A stretch of DNA of 64,000 bases from Promethearchaeota archaeon. Its GTDB lineage: Archaea; Asgardarchaeota; Lokiarchaeia; Sigyniarchaeales; SOKP01. The translations under genes and the position numbers were made by a program. The notes beneath the pieces were generated by a model. The model saw nothing but the letters and a program-made list of their open reading frames with translations, did not search any database and was not told where the DNA came from. Positions 31,630-40,559 of this stretch are shown piece by piece (the first letter of the stretch is position 1; every line of letters begins with the position of its first letter). Location: positions 40,482 through 104,481 of the forward strand of contig JBHLMQ010000010.1 in assembly GCA_048938005.1 (NCBI GenBank). Reading direction: 5' to 3'.

Positions 31630-33216
31630 TTAAAGGTACTTAATTGTATTTAACATTACTTTAAGTTGATCATAAATTTCTAATCGATATTCAAGTCCTA
31701 ATTTAAAGAACAATAGGGACACCATTTTTTGCTCTAACAATTCATTTACATTGAATTCTTCCATGATTGTCGACCAGTCGCTCTTATCTGAAACTCGTAT
31801 GCCAATTAACACGACTTTGTTCTCTTCAATATCATTGATGATCTTAACGACAACATCTTTCCACATTGATTCAATATGATCTTTATCTCTAGCATCAAAA
31901 ATGCAAAATACTCCATCAGAGCCACTAACTTCAAAATTATGGTAAAGATAATTTTTTAATGTTGTACCATTTGAAAATTTATATAATTTTTCTTCTCTAT
32001 CATCTTTAATCTTTTCGCACTCATTTAAGTCATTAATCTCCGACAAGATTTGCAATCCAGGGCTCCAAAATTCATTTTCAGAAATGATTGTTAATGTTAA
32101 TAAAGAATCCAAACTCTCTCCAATTACTTTTCTTTCTTTTAAAATAGAATTGAGTTCCTCCATTAAATCTTGTTTGACCCGCTCCTCTTCTTCCTCTTTA
32201 CTCTTTGCTATGTAATGATATGCTATCAAAGTAAACGCGTCTTCAACGTTTTCACCGGTTAATGCGCTGGTCTCTAAAAAAGATATCTTTATATTTGGTT
32301 TATTGGATAATTCATTAACTAATTGTACGCCATCATCATATTCTACAGTTCTTTGATCTTTTAAATCAGTCTTATTTCCAATTATAATAATGGGGATTTC
32401 TCTTCCTCCAATAAAATCTTCTAATTCTTTATACCATTCTTTAACACTTTCAAAAGATTTTCTATTGGTAAGATCAAAAACTATAAATGCTGCCTGTGTG
32501 CCTAAATAGTAGGTTTGGCGAAATCGTTTGAAGTACATTTGAGCACCCACGTCCCAGAGCGAATAGATAATATTATTTCCAAAGAATTCAATGGAATGCG
32601 ATAAAATATTCAATCCAATTGTCGCTCGATAATCATGTGAAAATTTATTTTCTACAAATCGTCTGACAAGACTCGTTTTTCCTACCTCGTGATCTCCAAT
32701 TATAACAAATTTAAACCGGTACATTCCTCCTTGATCTAATCTCATTTGATAAATCTGATTTTTTACTCTTTCTATATAAGAAGTTTCATCTGTTTCATAT
32801 TCGAAATTAGGAATTGTTAACTGTATATTGTCACCTTCTTCCAAATTAAGAATTTGGACAGATTTTTCGGCAAGAAGATAGGCATATGGAGAGGCTTTGT
32901 CTACAGACGCTAAATTGTTTAATACAACACTAAGAGTTCTGTTTTCATCTAAAGAAATAAACAATAGTCTATAAAATTCTGTATCGAAACTTGCAGTACC
33001 AAATTTTTTAAACATAAATTCATCACGAATTCTTTCGACAATCGGATGAATAATTGAGGTTAAAACGCTAACTATTTCCATATCCACATCACTCCTTTTT
33101 TCACCAGCGATAACTAAACCTTGTTGATCGCTTACGATTACTGCTTCTACTTCTTTATTTATTTCCAAGAATTGATTGAATAATTCCGTAAAGAGTTGTT
33201 TTCTATTTATTGACAT
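31630..33216 (-). CDS. roadblock/LC7 + Rab-like small GTPase + degenerate GTPase-fold domain (paralog)
   Basis: EVEAVIVSDQQGLVIA; GDHEVGKTS, ATIG, WDVGAQ, GNKTD, ETSAL; C-terminal SDGVFCIFDAR...VVLIGIR. Confidence 0.88.
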   Translation of the reverse strand: MSINRKQLFTELFNQFLEINKEVEAVIVSDQQGLVIAGEKRSDVDMEIVSVLTSIIHPIVERIRDEFMFKKFGTASFDTEFYRLLFISLDENRTLSVVLNNLASVDKASPYAYLLAEKSVQILNLEEGDNIQLTIPNFEYETDETSYIERVKNQIYQMRLDQGGMYRFKFVIIGDHEVGKTSLVRRFVENKFSHDYRATIGLNILSHSIEFFGNNIIYSLWDVGAQMYFKRFRQTYYLGTQAAFIVFDLTNRKSFESVKEWYKELEDFIGGREIPIIIIGNKTDLKDQRTVEYDDGVQLVNELSNKPNIKISFLETSALTGENVEDAFTLIAYHYIAKSKEEEEERVKQDLMEELNSILKERKVIGESLDSLLTLTIISENEFWSPGLQILSEINDLNECEKIKDDREEKLYKFSNGTTLKNYLYHNFEVSGSDGVFCIFDARDKDHIESMWKDVVVKIINDIEENKVVLIGIRVSDKSDWSTIMEEFNVNELLEQKMVSLLFFKLGLEYRLEIYDQLKVMLNTIKYL

Positions 33217-33371
33217 GAGTTTTTCTACCCTTATTGAGTTTTAATAGCATTAAAAGTGTTCTTATCCTTATAATAAAATTAGTATTTTTAATATTTATTA
33301 ATTCGATGTATTAAAAAACATATTCTTAAATTAGTTTAATCTCATTAATTTATTATATTACATGATGAGTA

Positions 33372-33989
33372 ATGGAAATTGTCAAAAAAACAAGATATAA
33401 CATAATGCCCTCTTGTATAGTTTGCCATTTGAATATAGATAAAAGCACTGATTCAATTTATAAATGTGAAAATGGACATCCTGTTCATAAATATTGTCTA
33501 GCAGAATGGTTAATGCATTCACAAAACTGTCCATTATGCAATAACCCATATTCTCAAAGTTTAATTGATCAGTTTCAAGATTATATCGAGAAAAAGGAAA
33601 AAGAGAAACAATCAGCCTTAGAAAAGGAATTACAAAAAGAATCAATAAAGAAGATGGAGCAGGTCGCAGAAAAAATAGTTTTTCTCAAGCTTGTTGAATC
33701 TATTGAAGAATTGATTGACAAAAAAAAATATAATGAAGCAATTGATAAGCTCTTAGCTGAATACAATGAGAGTGCTATAGATGACAAAAATTTAAATGTT
33801 CTCTTTTTACTTGGAAAAGCTAACTATCTAAAAGGGCGATATGATTTAACTATTAACTTTTTATTTAAATTGGTTAAAATAAGATATGATTACCCTGATG
33901 GATTTTTATATTTAGGGAAATCATATGAAAAACTTGGACTTCATGATAAAGCCAAGTGGGCTTTTGAAAGGGTTTCAGAAAGCAAATAA
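33372..33989 (+). CDS. RING-finger (RING-H2-like) + coiled coil + TPR protein, putative E3 ligase
   Basis: CIVC...CENGHPVHKYCLAEW...CPLC; C-terminal TPR helices LLGKANYLKGRY, YLGKSYEKLG. Confidence 0.8.
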   Translation: MEIVKKTRYNIMPSCIVCHLNIDKSTDSIYKCENGHPVHKYCLAEWLMHSQNCPLCNNPYSQSLIDQFQDYIEKKEKEKQSALEKELQKESIKKMEQVAEKIVFLKLVESIEELIDKKKYNEAIDKLLAEYNESAIDDKNLNVLFLLGKANYLKGRYDLTINFLFKLVKIRYDYPDGFLYLGKSYEKLGLHDKAKWAFERVSESK

Positions 33990-34035
33990 TTTTATTGTCC
34001 TTTGACCTACAATTATTATAATCTTAAGAAATATA

Positions 34036-34620
34036 ATGACGCAACTTTCACAAGAAAAACAAAATATCATCAATCAAATTAGGGAAGTATACAGTATAAT
34101 ATCTAAAGATAAAGATTTTACCAGATTAATACCAGAAGTAAGAATGAATATTTCTGGTTCCCTCTCTAATGCAAAAAATAAAAGTGAAATCGCTGGAATT
34201 GAAGGTCGCATTACAATAATCAATGGTTTCCCGAAGGCTTCAGGAGAAATAAAATTTGGAGTATCTGATCATACTGCTAGACTAATTCTTACCGCTAAAA
34301 AATTTGATAATTCAATTAATTTTGTTATTAATTTAAAATATATACCCGAATTAATTGAATCAATTAAAAAAAATTCAAATCTAGAGTTACAGGAAATTAT
34401 TAGAGAAGAACAACCAGAATACGTAAAAAAAAAAGAGTATTCAACAATGCAATGGTTGATAAATGAGAGTATAAAAAAAAAGGGGAAAATACCCGATATA
34501 ATCTGGGATAAAGGCGCAATCGGGAAAGAACCAATGATGCGATTATTCGGTAAAAATTCTAATGATATAATAAGAAAACTCGAACAAATTATTAAATTGA
34601 TTAAGAAGGAAAAAATCTAA
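34036..34620 (+). CDS. thiN: thiamine-phosphate synthase, ThiN type (stand-alone)
   Basis: LIPEVRMNI, AGIEGRI, FGVSDHTAR, PDIIWDKGAIGKEPM. Confidence 0.85.
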   Translation: MTQLSQEKQNIINQIREVYSIISKDKDFTRLIPEVRMNISGSLSNAKNKSEIAGIEGRITIINGFPKASGEIKFGVSDHTARLILTAKKFDNSINFVINLKYIPELIESIKKNSNLELQEIIREEQPEYVKKKEYSTMQWLINESIKKKGKIPDIIWDKGAIGKEPMMRLFGKNSNDIIRKLEQIIKLIKKEKI

Positions 34621-35450
34621 ATTTCTCTTACACTAACCATATCAAGATTCACTTTTACTTTAGTCCCCTGTGAATGATCTGTTGGACCATGACCTTTGCC
34701 TATATGAAGATCATCTGCTCTTTGAATAGCATTTGTTAAATATGCTTTAGCGATATGTACTGCATTTTTTATATCATTTCCCTTAGCTAACTCAGCTGCG
34801 ATAGCTGAGGCAAAGGTACATCCTGTTCCATGGGTATTATTTGTATAAATACGAGGAGAGCGGAATTCTATAAATTTTTTCCCATCATAAAGAATATCTA
34901 TTGATTCATTAATATCTTGTAAATGTCCTCCTTTTACAACCACGTTTTTAGCACCCATCTCAAAGATTTTAATCGCGGATTGTTGAACCTCATTTATATT
35001 ACTTATTTCAATCCCTGTTAAAACATAAGCTTCGTGAAGATTTGGTGTTATTATATGAGCTAGCGGGACGAGTTTTGAGATAAGAGTAGAGTTTGCCTTA
35101 GCCTTTAGTAATGGATCACCACTTTTTGCAACCATTACAGGATCAACTATTAGAAGTTCAACATTATAATAAGATGCTCGATCAGCTACTACTTGTATAA
35201 TCTCTGAATTTGAAAGCATTCCTGTTTTCCAGGCATCGGCACCTATATCGGTCATTACTGAATCGATTTGTTTTGCTACAAATTCTGGATTGATTTCAAA
35301 AATACCTTGAACCCCTACGGTATTCTGAGCTGTCAATGCTGTAATTGCACTCATTCCAAAAACTCCGCGCGCAGAAAAGGTTTTCAAATCCGCCTGAATC
35401 CCCGCACCCCCACCTGAATCTGAACCTGCTATTGTTAAAACTTTTTTCAT
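34617..35450 (-). CDS. thiD: hydroxymethylpyrimidine/phosphomethylpyrimidine kinase
   Basis: LTIAGSDSGGGAGIQADLKTF, TAQNT, DPVMVAKSG, TPN, KGGH, THGTGCTFASA. Confidence 0.95.
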   Translation of the reverse strand: MKKVLTIAGSDSGGGAGIQADLKTFSARGVFGMSAITALTAQNTVGVQGIFEINPEFVAKQIDSVMTDIGADAWKTGMLSNSEIIQVVADRASYYNVELLIVDPVMVAKSGDPLLKAKANSTLISKLVPLAHIITPNLHEAYVLTGIEISNINEVQQSAIKIFEMGAKNVVVKGGHLQDINESIDILYDGKKFIEFRSPRIYTNNTHGTGCTFASAIAAELAKGNDIKNAVHIAKAYLTNAIQRADDLHIGKGHGPTDHSQGTKVKVNLDMVSVREI

Positions 35451-35562
35451 GATTATTACTATTAAAAAATTGAATTTTTAAATTAAAATAGATAAAATTA
35501 ATATTATTAATCTAACATATTGTTTTTTTTTTTCCTTTCTACTACCAATGAATATCAAAATT

Positions 35563-35742
35563 AAAGAATTCTTTATAATGGAATGGTTACTCAAAGAAGC
35601 TTTAGAAAAAAAGAGTAAAATTCCAGATATAATTTGGGATAAAGTAACTATGGGTAAAGAACCCATGGTCAGATTATTTAGGAGAAATTCAAAAGAGATT
35701 ATAGAGAAACTTAAGAAGATTCATGTTTTAATCTACATATAA
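35563..35742 (+). pseudogene. displaced copy of the thiN 3' end
   Basis: MEWLLKEALEKKSKIPDIIWDKVTMGKEPMVRLF aligns with thiN MQWLINESIKKKGKIPDIIWDKGAIGKEPMMRLF; the 5' part is absent. Confidence 0.85.
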
Positions 35743-35818
35743 TTTCTTATTATTAAAACACTACTATTTACATCTTTTTTACTATATATAAGTTGGTTAA
35801 TTTTTTAGCCAATTGAGA

Positions 35819-35839
35819 TAGTTTAAATTCTCTACTTGG
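35819..35839 (+). repeat. 21-nt direct repeat, copy 1 (TAGTTTAAATTCTCTACTTGG)
   Basis: Identical to 37318-37338. Confidence 0.85.
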
Positions 35840-35886
35840 AAATGTGAATGAGTTTTGATATGAAACATATTTGTATGTTATTGAGG

Positions 35887-35920
35887 TGTACAAACTTTTG
35901 AACGGATTGTACGAAAAATA
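35887..35920 (+). promoter_or_regulatory. putative operator upstream of kelch gene
   Basis: TGTACAAACTTTTGAACGGATTGTACGAAAAATA, directly before a TATA-like TTTTAAG; homologous to 38147 and 40454 sites. Confidence 0.7.
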
Positions 35921-36008
35921 GTTTTAAGAAATAGAAAATAAAACTGTTATTTAACAATTTTTTAATAAAAAAAAGCAGTTTTGCAAAATTAAAAAAGGTT
36001 AAAAAAAA

Positions 36009-37205
36009 ATGAAACGAGAAAAAAATAACAAAAAGAACAAGCAAAAACTATATGGCGTCATAGCTGGCACTCTTTTAATCGTGTTAACAATTATTATACC
36101 AGGAGTTGTAGCCGACACACCATCACTTCCAACTCGCGGTAATCCCGGGATGGCATACGACAGCGAATCAGATGTAATTGTCATATTTGGAGGATGGAAC
36201 ACGTCGACAACTCCCGGGGATGGCCCCCGTGACACATGGATATATGATTTCAACGCGGATACATACACTAAAAAAACACCTGCACCTGCACCGCGCCGAA
36301 GAGCAGAATCTTGTATGGTCTATGATTCACTAAGGGATCGAATAGTTCTTTTTGGGGGTTTAGAAAATTGGACTGTCTCAGGGGAGCGTAATGATACCTG
36401 GATTTATGATTACAATTCAGATACTTGGACTGAACTTTTTCCAGTTAGTGCTCCCTCAGAAAGAAGAGCCGCTCAGATGGCATATGATTCAGAGAGTGAT
36501 AGAATAATCCTATTTGGAGGAATGGATGGGTTCCCTTATCCATCGGCAACGTTTTATAATGAAACTTGGGCATATAATCCAGGGAGCAACACATGGCAAA
36601 AAATGAGCCCTGTTTTATCTCCCCGGGCTCGAACTAACCATTTCATGTCTTATGACAGCGAGAGTGACCGGATAATCCTTTTCGGAGGATGTCCAGGTTT
36701 AGCATATGGCTCCCTTTATGAGACTTGGGCTTATGATTATAACAGTGATATTTGGGTAAACCTAACTAGTAATATTCATCCATCAAAACGATCAGAACAT
36801 AAAATGGCGTACGACAGTGAATCAGATAGGATTGTGCTTTTTGGAGGTGGTACAGAGACCGTAACATACGGTGACACCTGGTTATACAATTACAACAATA
36901 ATTCTTGGGAACAGATGAATCCCGCTACTAGTCCAACACCAAGAGTTCGTCACGCAGCAGCATATGACTCGGAGTCAGATAGAGTTATAATCTATGGTGG
37001 GACTTATGATCCATGGCCTGCTGGTACTTCTATGGTTTCAACAGATAAGACGTGGGCATACGACGTAAATACTGACAGTTGGACTGAGGTTGACGTAGGT
37101 GACACGGGAGGAGACAATGGAATTCCAGGATATAACATATTGTTTTTAATTGGCACTCTATCTATTATAGTGATAATGATAACTAAAAAAAATAAGAAAT
37201 CATAA
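36009..37205 (+). CDS. secreted kelch-repeat beta-propeller with Loki-CTERM-like anchor
   Basis: Six YDS..DRxxxFGG-type ...TWxYD repeats; signal peptide; C-terminal IPGY-TM-KKNKKS. Confidence 0.88.
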   Translation: MKREKNNKKNKQKLYGVIAGTLLIVLTIIIPGVVADTPSLPTRGNPGMAYDSESDVIVIFGGWNTSTTPGDGPRDTWIYDFNADTYTKKTPAPAPRRRAESCMVYDSLRDRIVLFGGLENWTVSGERNDTWIYDYNSDTWTELFPVSAPSERRAAQMAYDSESDRIILFGGMDGFPYPSATFYNETWAYNPGSNTWQKMSPVLSPRARTNHFMSYDSESDRIILFGGCPGLAYGSLYETWAYDYNSDIWVNLTSNIHPSKRSEHKMAYDSESDRIVLFGGGTETVTYGDTWLYNYNNNSWEQMNPATSPTPRVRHAAAYDSESDRVIIYGGTYDPWPAGTSMVSTDKTWAYDVNTDSWTEVDVGDTGGDNGIPGYNILFLIGTLSIIVIMITKKNKKS

Positions 37206-37317
37206 ACAATTAATTAAATAGATTTGAGTTATTTCTCAAATAACTACATCTAAACCAATTTATTATCTTTTTTTTCTATTTTTAAGATTTTTATAAAAAA
37301 GATATTTCTAAAAGAAT

Positions 37318-37338
37318 TAGTTTAAATTCTCTACTTGG
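37318..37338 (+). repeat. 21-nt direct repeat, copy 2
   Basis: Identical to 35819-35839. Confidence 0.85.
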
Positions 37339-37508
37339 TAGTATCGAAAAGTTCAAAAATGAAACCCATTAATAACCTTTATTATACTTAAAAACTTAAT
37401 AAAACTTTAAAAAACAGAGAAGCACCAAAAGGATGAAATATCACCATCTTATTACAATCTGCTAAATAGCATTATTCACTGTTAACATTAAGTAGAATAT
37501 GAATTATC

Positions 37509-38081
37509 ATGATACCAGATAAAATAGACAATAAGAAAGAAGGAGAGACAGAGACACAATCAAAACCTTCATATCGAAGTAAAACAATTCATGTAAAATC
37601 AAAACTTGATATAAAAGTAAAGTCTCTTAGGTATAATCAGGAAAAAGTATTACACGGCAAAACCCTTCAAATTTATTGGTATATTCTCACTCACCATAAT
37701 GCAGGAATAAGAAAAATCCAGAAATCATTGAAGATTTCGTCTCCTGGAACCGTGTCTTATCAAATAAATAAATTATTGAAAGCAGGAATAATAGCAAAAA
37801 ACGAGAAAAATGGAAAATATTATGTAAATAAAGAATTAAAAAAGGGAGTATTAGGATTTTATACCCGCATCGGATTTTTGATGATACCCCGATTTTCACT
37901 ATACTTAATAGTCAATATTCTGGGTTTTATAGGATATATTTTTTTTGCAAGTGTTTATGGCGATGCTTTTATTACCAATCCTGGCAGTTTACTTCTATTA
38001 TTTTTTTTGATTTTTGGGACTACAGTATTTATTTTTGAGTCTATTAAAATCTGGAAAAGAAGACCGACGAAATTAAAATAA
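37509..38081 (+). CDS. membrane-anchored winged-helix transcription regulator (wHTH + 2 TM)
   Basis: LHGKTLQIYWYIL..GIRKIQKSL.ISSPGTVSYQINKLLKAG..GKYYV, then two hydrophobic helices. Confidence 0.85.
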   Translation: MIPDKIDNKKEGETETQSKPSYRSKTIHVKSKLDIKVKSLRYNQEKVLHGKTLQIYWYILTHHNAGIRKIQKSLKISSPGTVSYQINKLLKAGIIAKNEKNGKYYVNKELKKGVLGFYTRIGFLMIPRFSLYLIVNILGFIGYIFFASVYGDAFITNPGSLLLLFFLIFGTTVFIFESIKIWKRRPTKLK

Positions 38082-38146
38082 GAATTAATTATGACAATTA
38101 AAATTGTGAATTTTTAAAATAGAACATAATGCTATAAAAATGACAT

Positions 38147-38180
38147 TGTACGAATATTTGAACAGAGTGTACGAAAAATA
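38147..38180 (+). promoter_or_regulatory. putative operator upstream of NosD/PKD gene
   Basis: TGTACGAATATTTGAACAGAGTGTACGAAAAATA, then a TATA-like TTTTAAG. Confidence 0.7.
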
Positions 38181-38248
38181 GTATTTTAAGAGATAAAAAT
38201 AATGAATTATCTAACAATTTTCTAACCTACATTTTTGGTGAAATCAAA

Positions 38249-40369
38249 ATAAAATCACATCTAAAAATAAAAACAAAAATTTTGATAACTTCTGGTATAA
38301 TTTTCGCGATCTCAATTAATATACACAACAGCTTTATGTTTAATACTGACTTTAGCGAAATAAGTACAGAATCTAGCGATTATATTAGTTTAATTGAAAA
38401 AAATTTGAAAATCTCAAAGATATCAGGAATAATTCATATTAAAAATAATTGGTCTGATGCGAAGAATGCGGGATTAGTTACAGGCTCTGGTAATTATTCA
38501 GATCCTTATGTCATTGAGGATTTGGTGATCGATGGTAATTTTTCAGGCTTTTGCATTTGGATTGAAAATTCAAGTTATTTTCTAAGGATTGAGAATTGCA
38601 CTATATATAATTCTGCTTCTATTTCTGACAATTATTGGAAATGGAGGGAGGGAATCGAAAGTTGGTGGTTAGGGGGAGGAGGAATCGTATTATCTAATGT
38701 TAGCAATTCTTTAGTAATTAATAATAATGTTTTAAATAATTACAGAGGGATTCTTTTAGAATCTAGTAATAATAATACGCTTTCAGGTAATTTGGTAAAT
38801 AATAACGATAATTTTGGAATAGATTTAATAGATAGTTATAATAATACCCTTTCAGGAAATATCATGGATAAGCACGGTTTATTAATTTCTGGTCCAGTTG
38901 TACCAATGACTTCAGAACAATGGAATTCACCTAAGATAGATACTACTAATCTAGTAAATGGAAAACCAATATATTATTATACTAATGAAATAAATTTAGA
39001 GGCAAACAATTTTTCGAATGCTGGACAGGTTTTTTTAATTAATTGTAGTAAATCAAATATATCGAACTTGAACATATCTTCCAACTCAATGACAATTACA
39101 TTAGGTTTTTCTAATAATAACACTATCTCAGGAAATGTGTTAAATAACAATACTATTGGGATAATTTTATTCGAAAGTGATAATAACAACATTTCAGGAA
39201 ACATTGTAAATTACAATCTTATAGGGATACATTTAATTCAAAGTGACAATAACACCATTACAGCCAATTCTGTAGATAATAATATATTGCATGGTATTGG
39301 TCTAGAAATGAGTAGTAATAGCTCAATTTCTAGAAATAACGTAAGATATAATCGGGGTCTTGGAATAGCATTATTCTTAATTAATGATAATAATATTATT
39401 TCCAGAAATAATGTGAGCTATAATTCCGATAGTGGGATTCATGTCTTCGATAGTGATAATAACATTATTTCAAGTAACAATATAAGCTCTAATCAGGGAA
39501 ATGGGATTCAGGTTATTTTTAATTGTAATAATAACAATATTTCGGGGAATACTGCGAATAATAATTTAGTTGGAATATACTTTTTTGATAGTTATCTCAA
39601 CTACATTTCGGGAAACACGGCCGACAATAACCTGGAGGGAATTAGATTAGAACTTAGTAATAATAACTCAATTTTTAATAATGCCGTAAGATCTAATGAT
39701 TTTTCCGGGATAAACTTAGAAAATTGTATATATAATAATATCTCAGAAAATATGGTAAAATATAGTGGTATTGCGGGGATTAACATAAATAATAGTGATA
39801 ATAACAGTATTTCGAAGAATACGGCAAATAATAACGTGAAGTTCGGTATTGGCTTAAATATGAGTAATCATAACTTAATTTTTGAAAATATTGCTAATGA
39901 TAATGAGATTGGGATTTACTTAGAACGTTCCTGTTATAACAATGTATTTGGAAACACCTTTATTAATAACACAGTTATAGATTACTATAATGATCCTGGT
40001 ACTAGCTGTGACTTAATCCCAGAGGCATTTTTTACTGCAAATACAACTATGATTACTTTGTCCAATAATGCTGTTCAATTCCAGTTTAGAGGCTATGCAG
40101 GAGATGAACCTACAATTTTTAAATGGAATTTCGGAGATGATTCAGCAAATTCTTCAGCGAGAAATCCAGTTCATCATTATACATTACCCGGAGTTTACAC
40201 CGTGATCTTAACCGTTATAGATATGGATGGAGATTCAGATGTTTTGGTAAGAAGTGACTACATTAGAGTTCAACAAGAATCTGTAATTCCGGGATATAAT
40301 CTCTTCTTTTTACTTGGCTTATTATCTTTTGCAACAATCATTATGAGTAAGAATAAAGGAAAAAAGTGA
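38249..40369 (+). CDS. secreted NosD/CASH right-handed beta-helix + PKD domain protein with Loki-CTERM-like anchor
   Basis: GSG..SDPYVIE, many GIxL..S.NNxISxN repeats, WNFGD...NPVHHY..PGVYTVILTV PKD, IPGY-TM-basic tail; likely ATA start after GGTGA (ORF track starts at 38282). Confidence 0.88.
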   Translation: MKSHLKIKTKILITSGIIFAISINIHNSFMFNTDFSEISTESSDYISLIEKNLKISKISGIIHIKNNWSDAKNAGLVTGSGNYSDPYVIEDLVIDGNFSGFCIWIENSSYFLRIENCTIYNSASISDNYWKWREGIESWWLGGGGIVLSNVSNSLVINNNVLNNYRGILLESSNNNTLSGNLVNNNDNFGIDLIDSYNNTLSGNIMDKHGLLISGPVVPMTSEQWNSPKIDTTNLVNGKPIYYYTNEINLEANNFSNAGQVFLINCSKSNISNLNISSNSMTITLGFSNNNTISGNVLNNNTIGIILFESDNNNISGNIVNYNLIGIHLIQSDNNTITANSVDNNILHGIGLEMSSNSSISRNNVRYNRGLGIALFLINDNNIISRNNVSYNSDSGIHVFDSDNNIISSNNISSNQGNGIQVIFNCNNNNISGNTANNNLVGIYFFDSYLNYISGNTADNNLEGIRLELSNNNSIFNNAVRSNDFSGINLENCIYNNISENMVKYSGIAGININNSDNNSISKNTANNNVKFGIGLNMSNHNLIFENIANDNEIGIYLERSCYNNVFGNTFINNTVIDYYNDPGTSCDLIPEAFFTANTTMITLSNNAVQFQFRGYAGDEPTIFKWNFGDDSANSSARNPVHHYTLPGVYTVILTVIDMDGDSDVLVRSDYIRVQQESVIPGYNLFFLLGLLSFATIIMSKNKGKK

Positions 40370-40453
40370 AAAATGTATTATGCTATTGTGGGTGAAAATC
40401 AAACGAGAATTATGAATTTTTTAAAAACTGATAATTTAATGAAATAATGGCGG

Positions 40454-40487
40454 TGTATAACAATTTGAACAGGGTGTTCAAAACATA
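40454..40487 (+). promoter_or_regulatory. putative operator upstream of SBP-wHTH operon
   Basis: TGTATAACAATTTGAACAGGGTGTTCAAAACATA, containing the inverted repeat TTTGAAC-N5-GTTCAAA; followed by TTATATAAA. Confidence 0.72.
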
Positions 40488-40559
40488 ATTATATAAAATG
40501 GCAAAAGAATCAACTAATTAACAATTAAAAGCAATTTACAAAAAAAAATTAAAAAAAAA

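Noticed and set aside
35548-35742. 64-aa ORF as a functional second ThiN
   Set aside because: Lacks the N-terminal two thirds including the PEVR and SDH motifs; treated as a remnant
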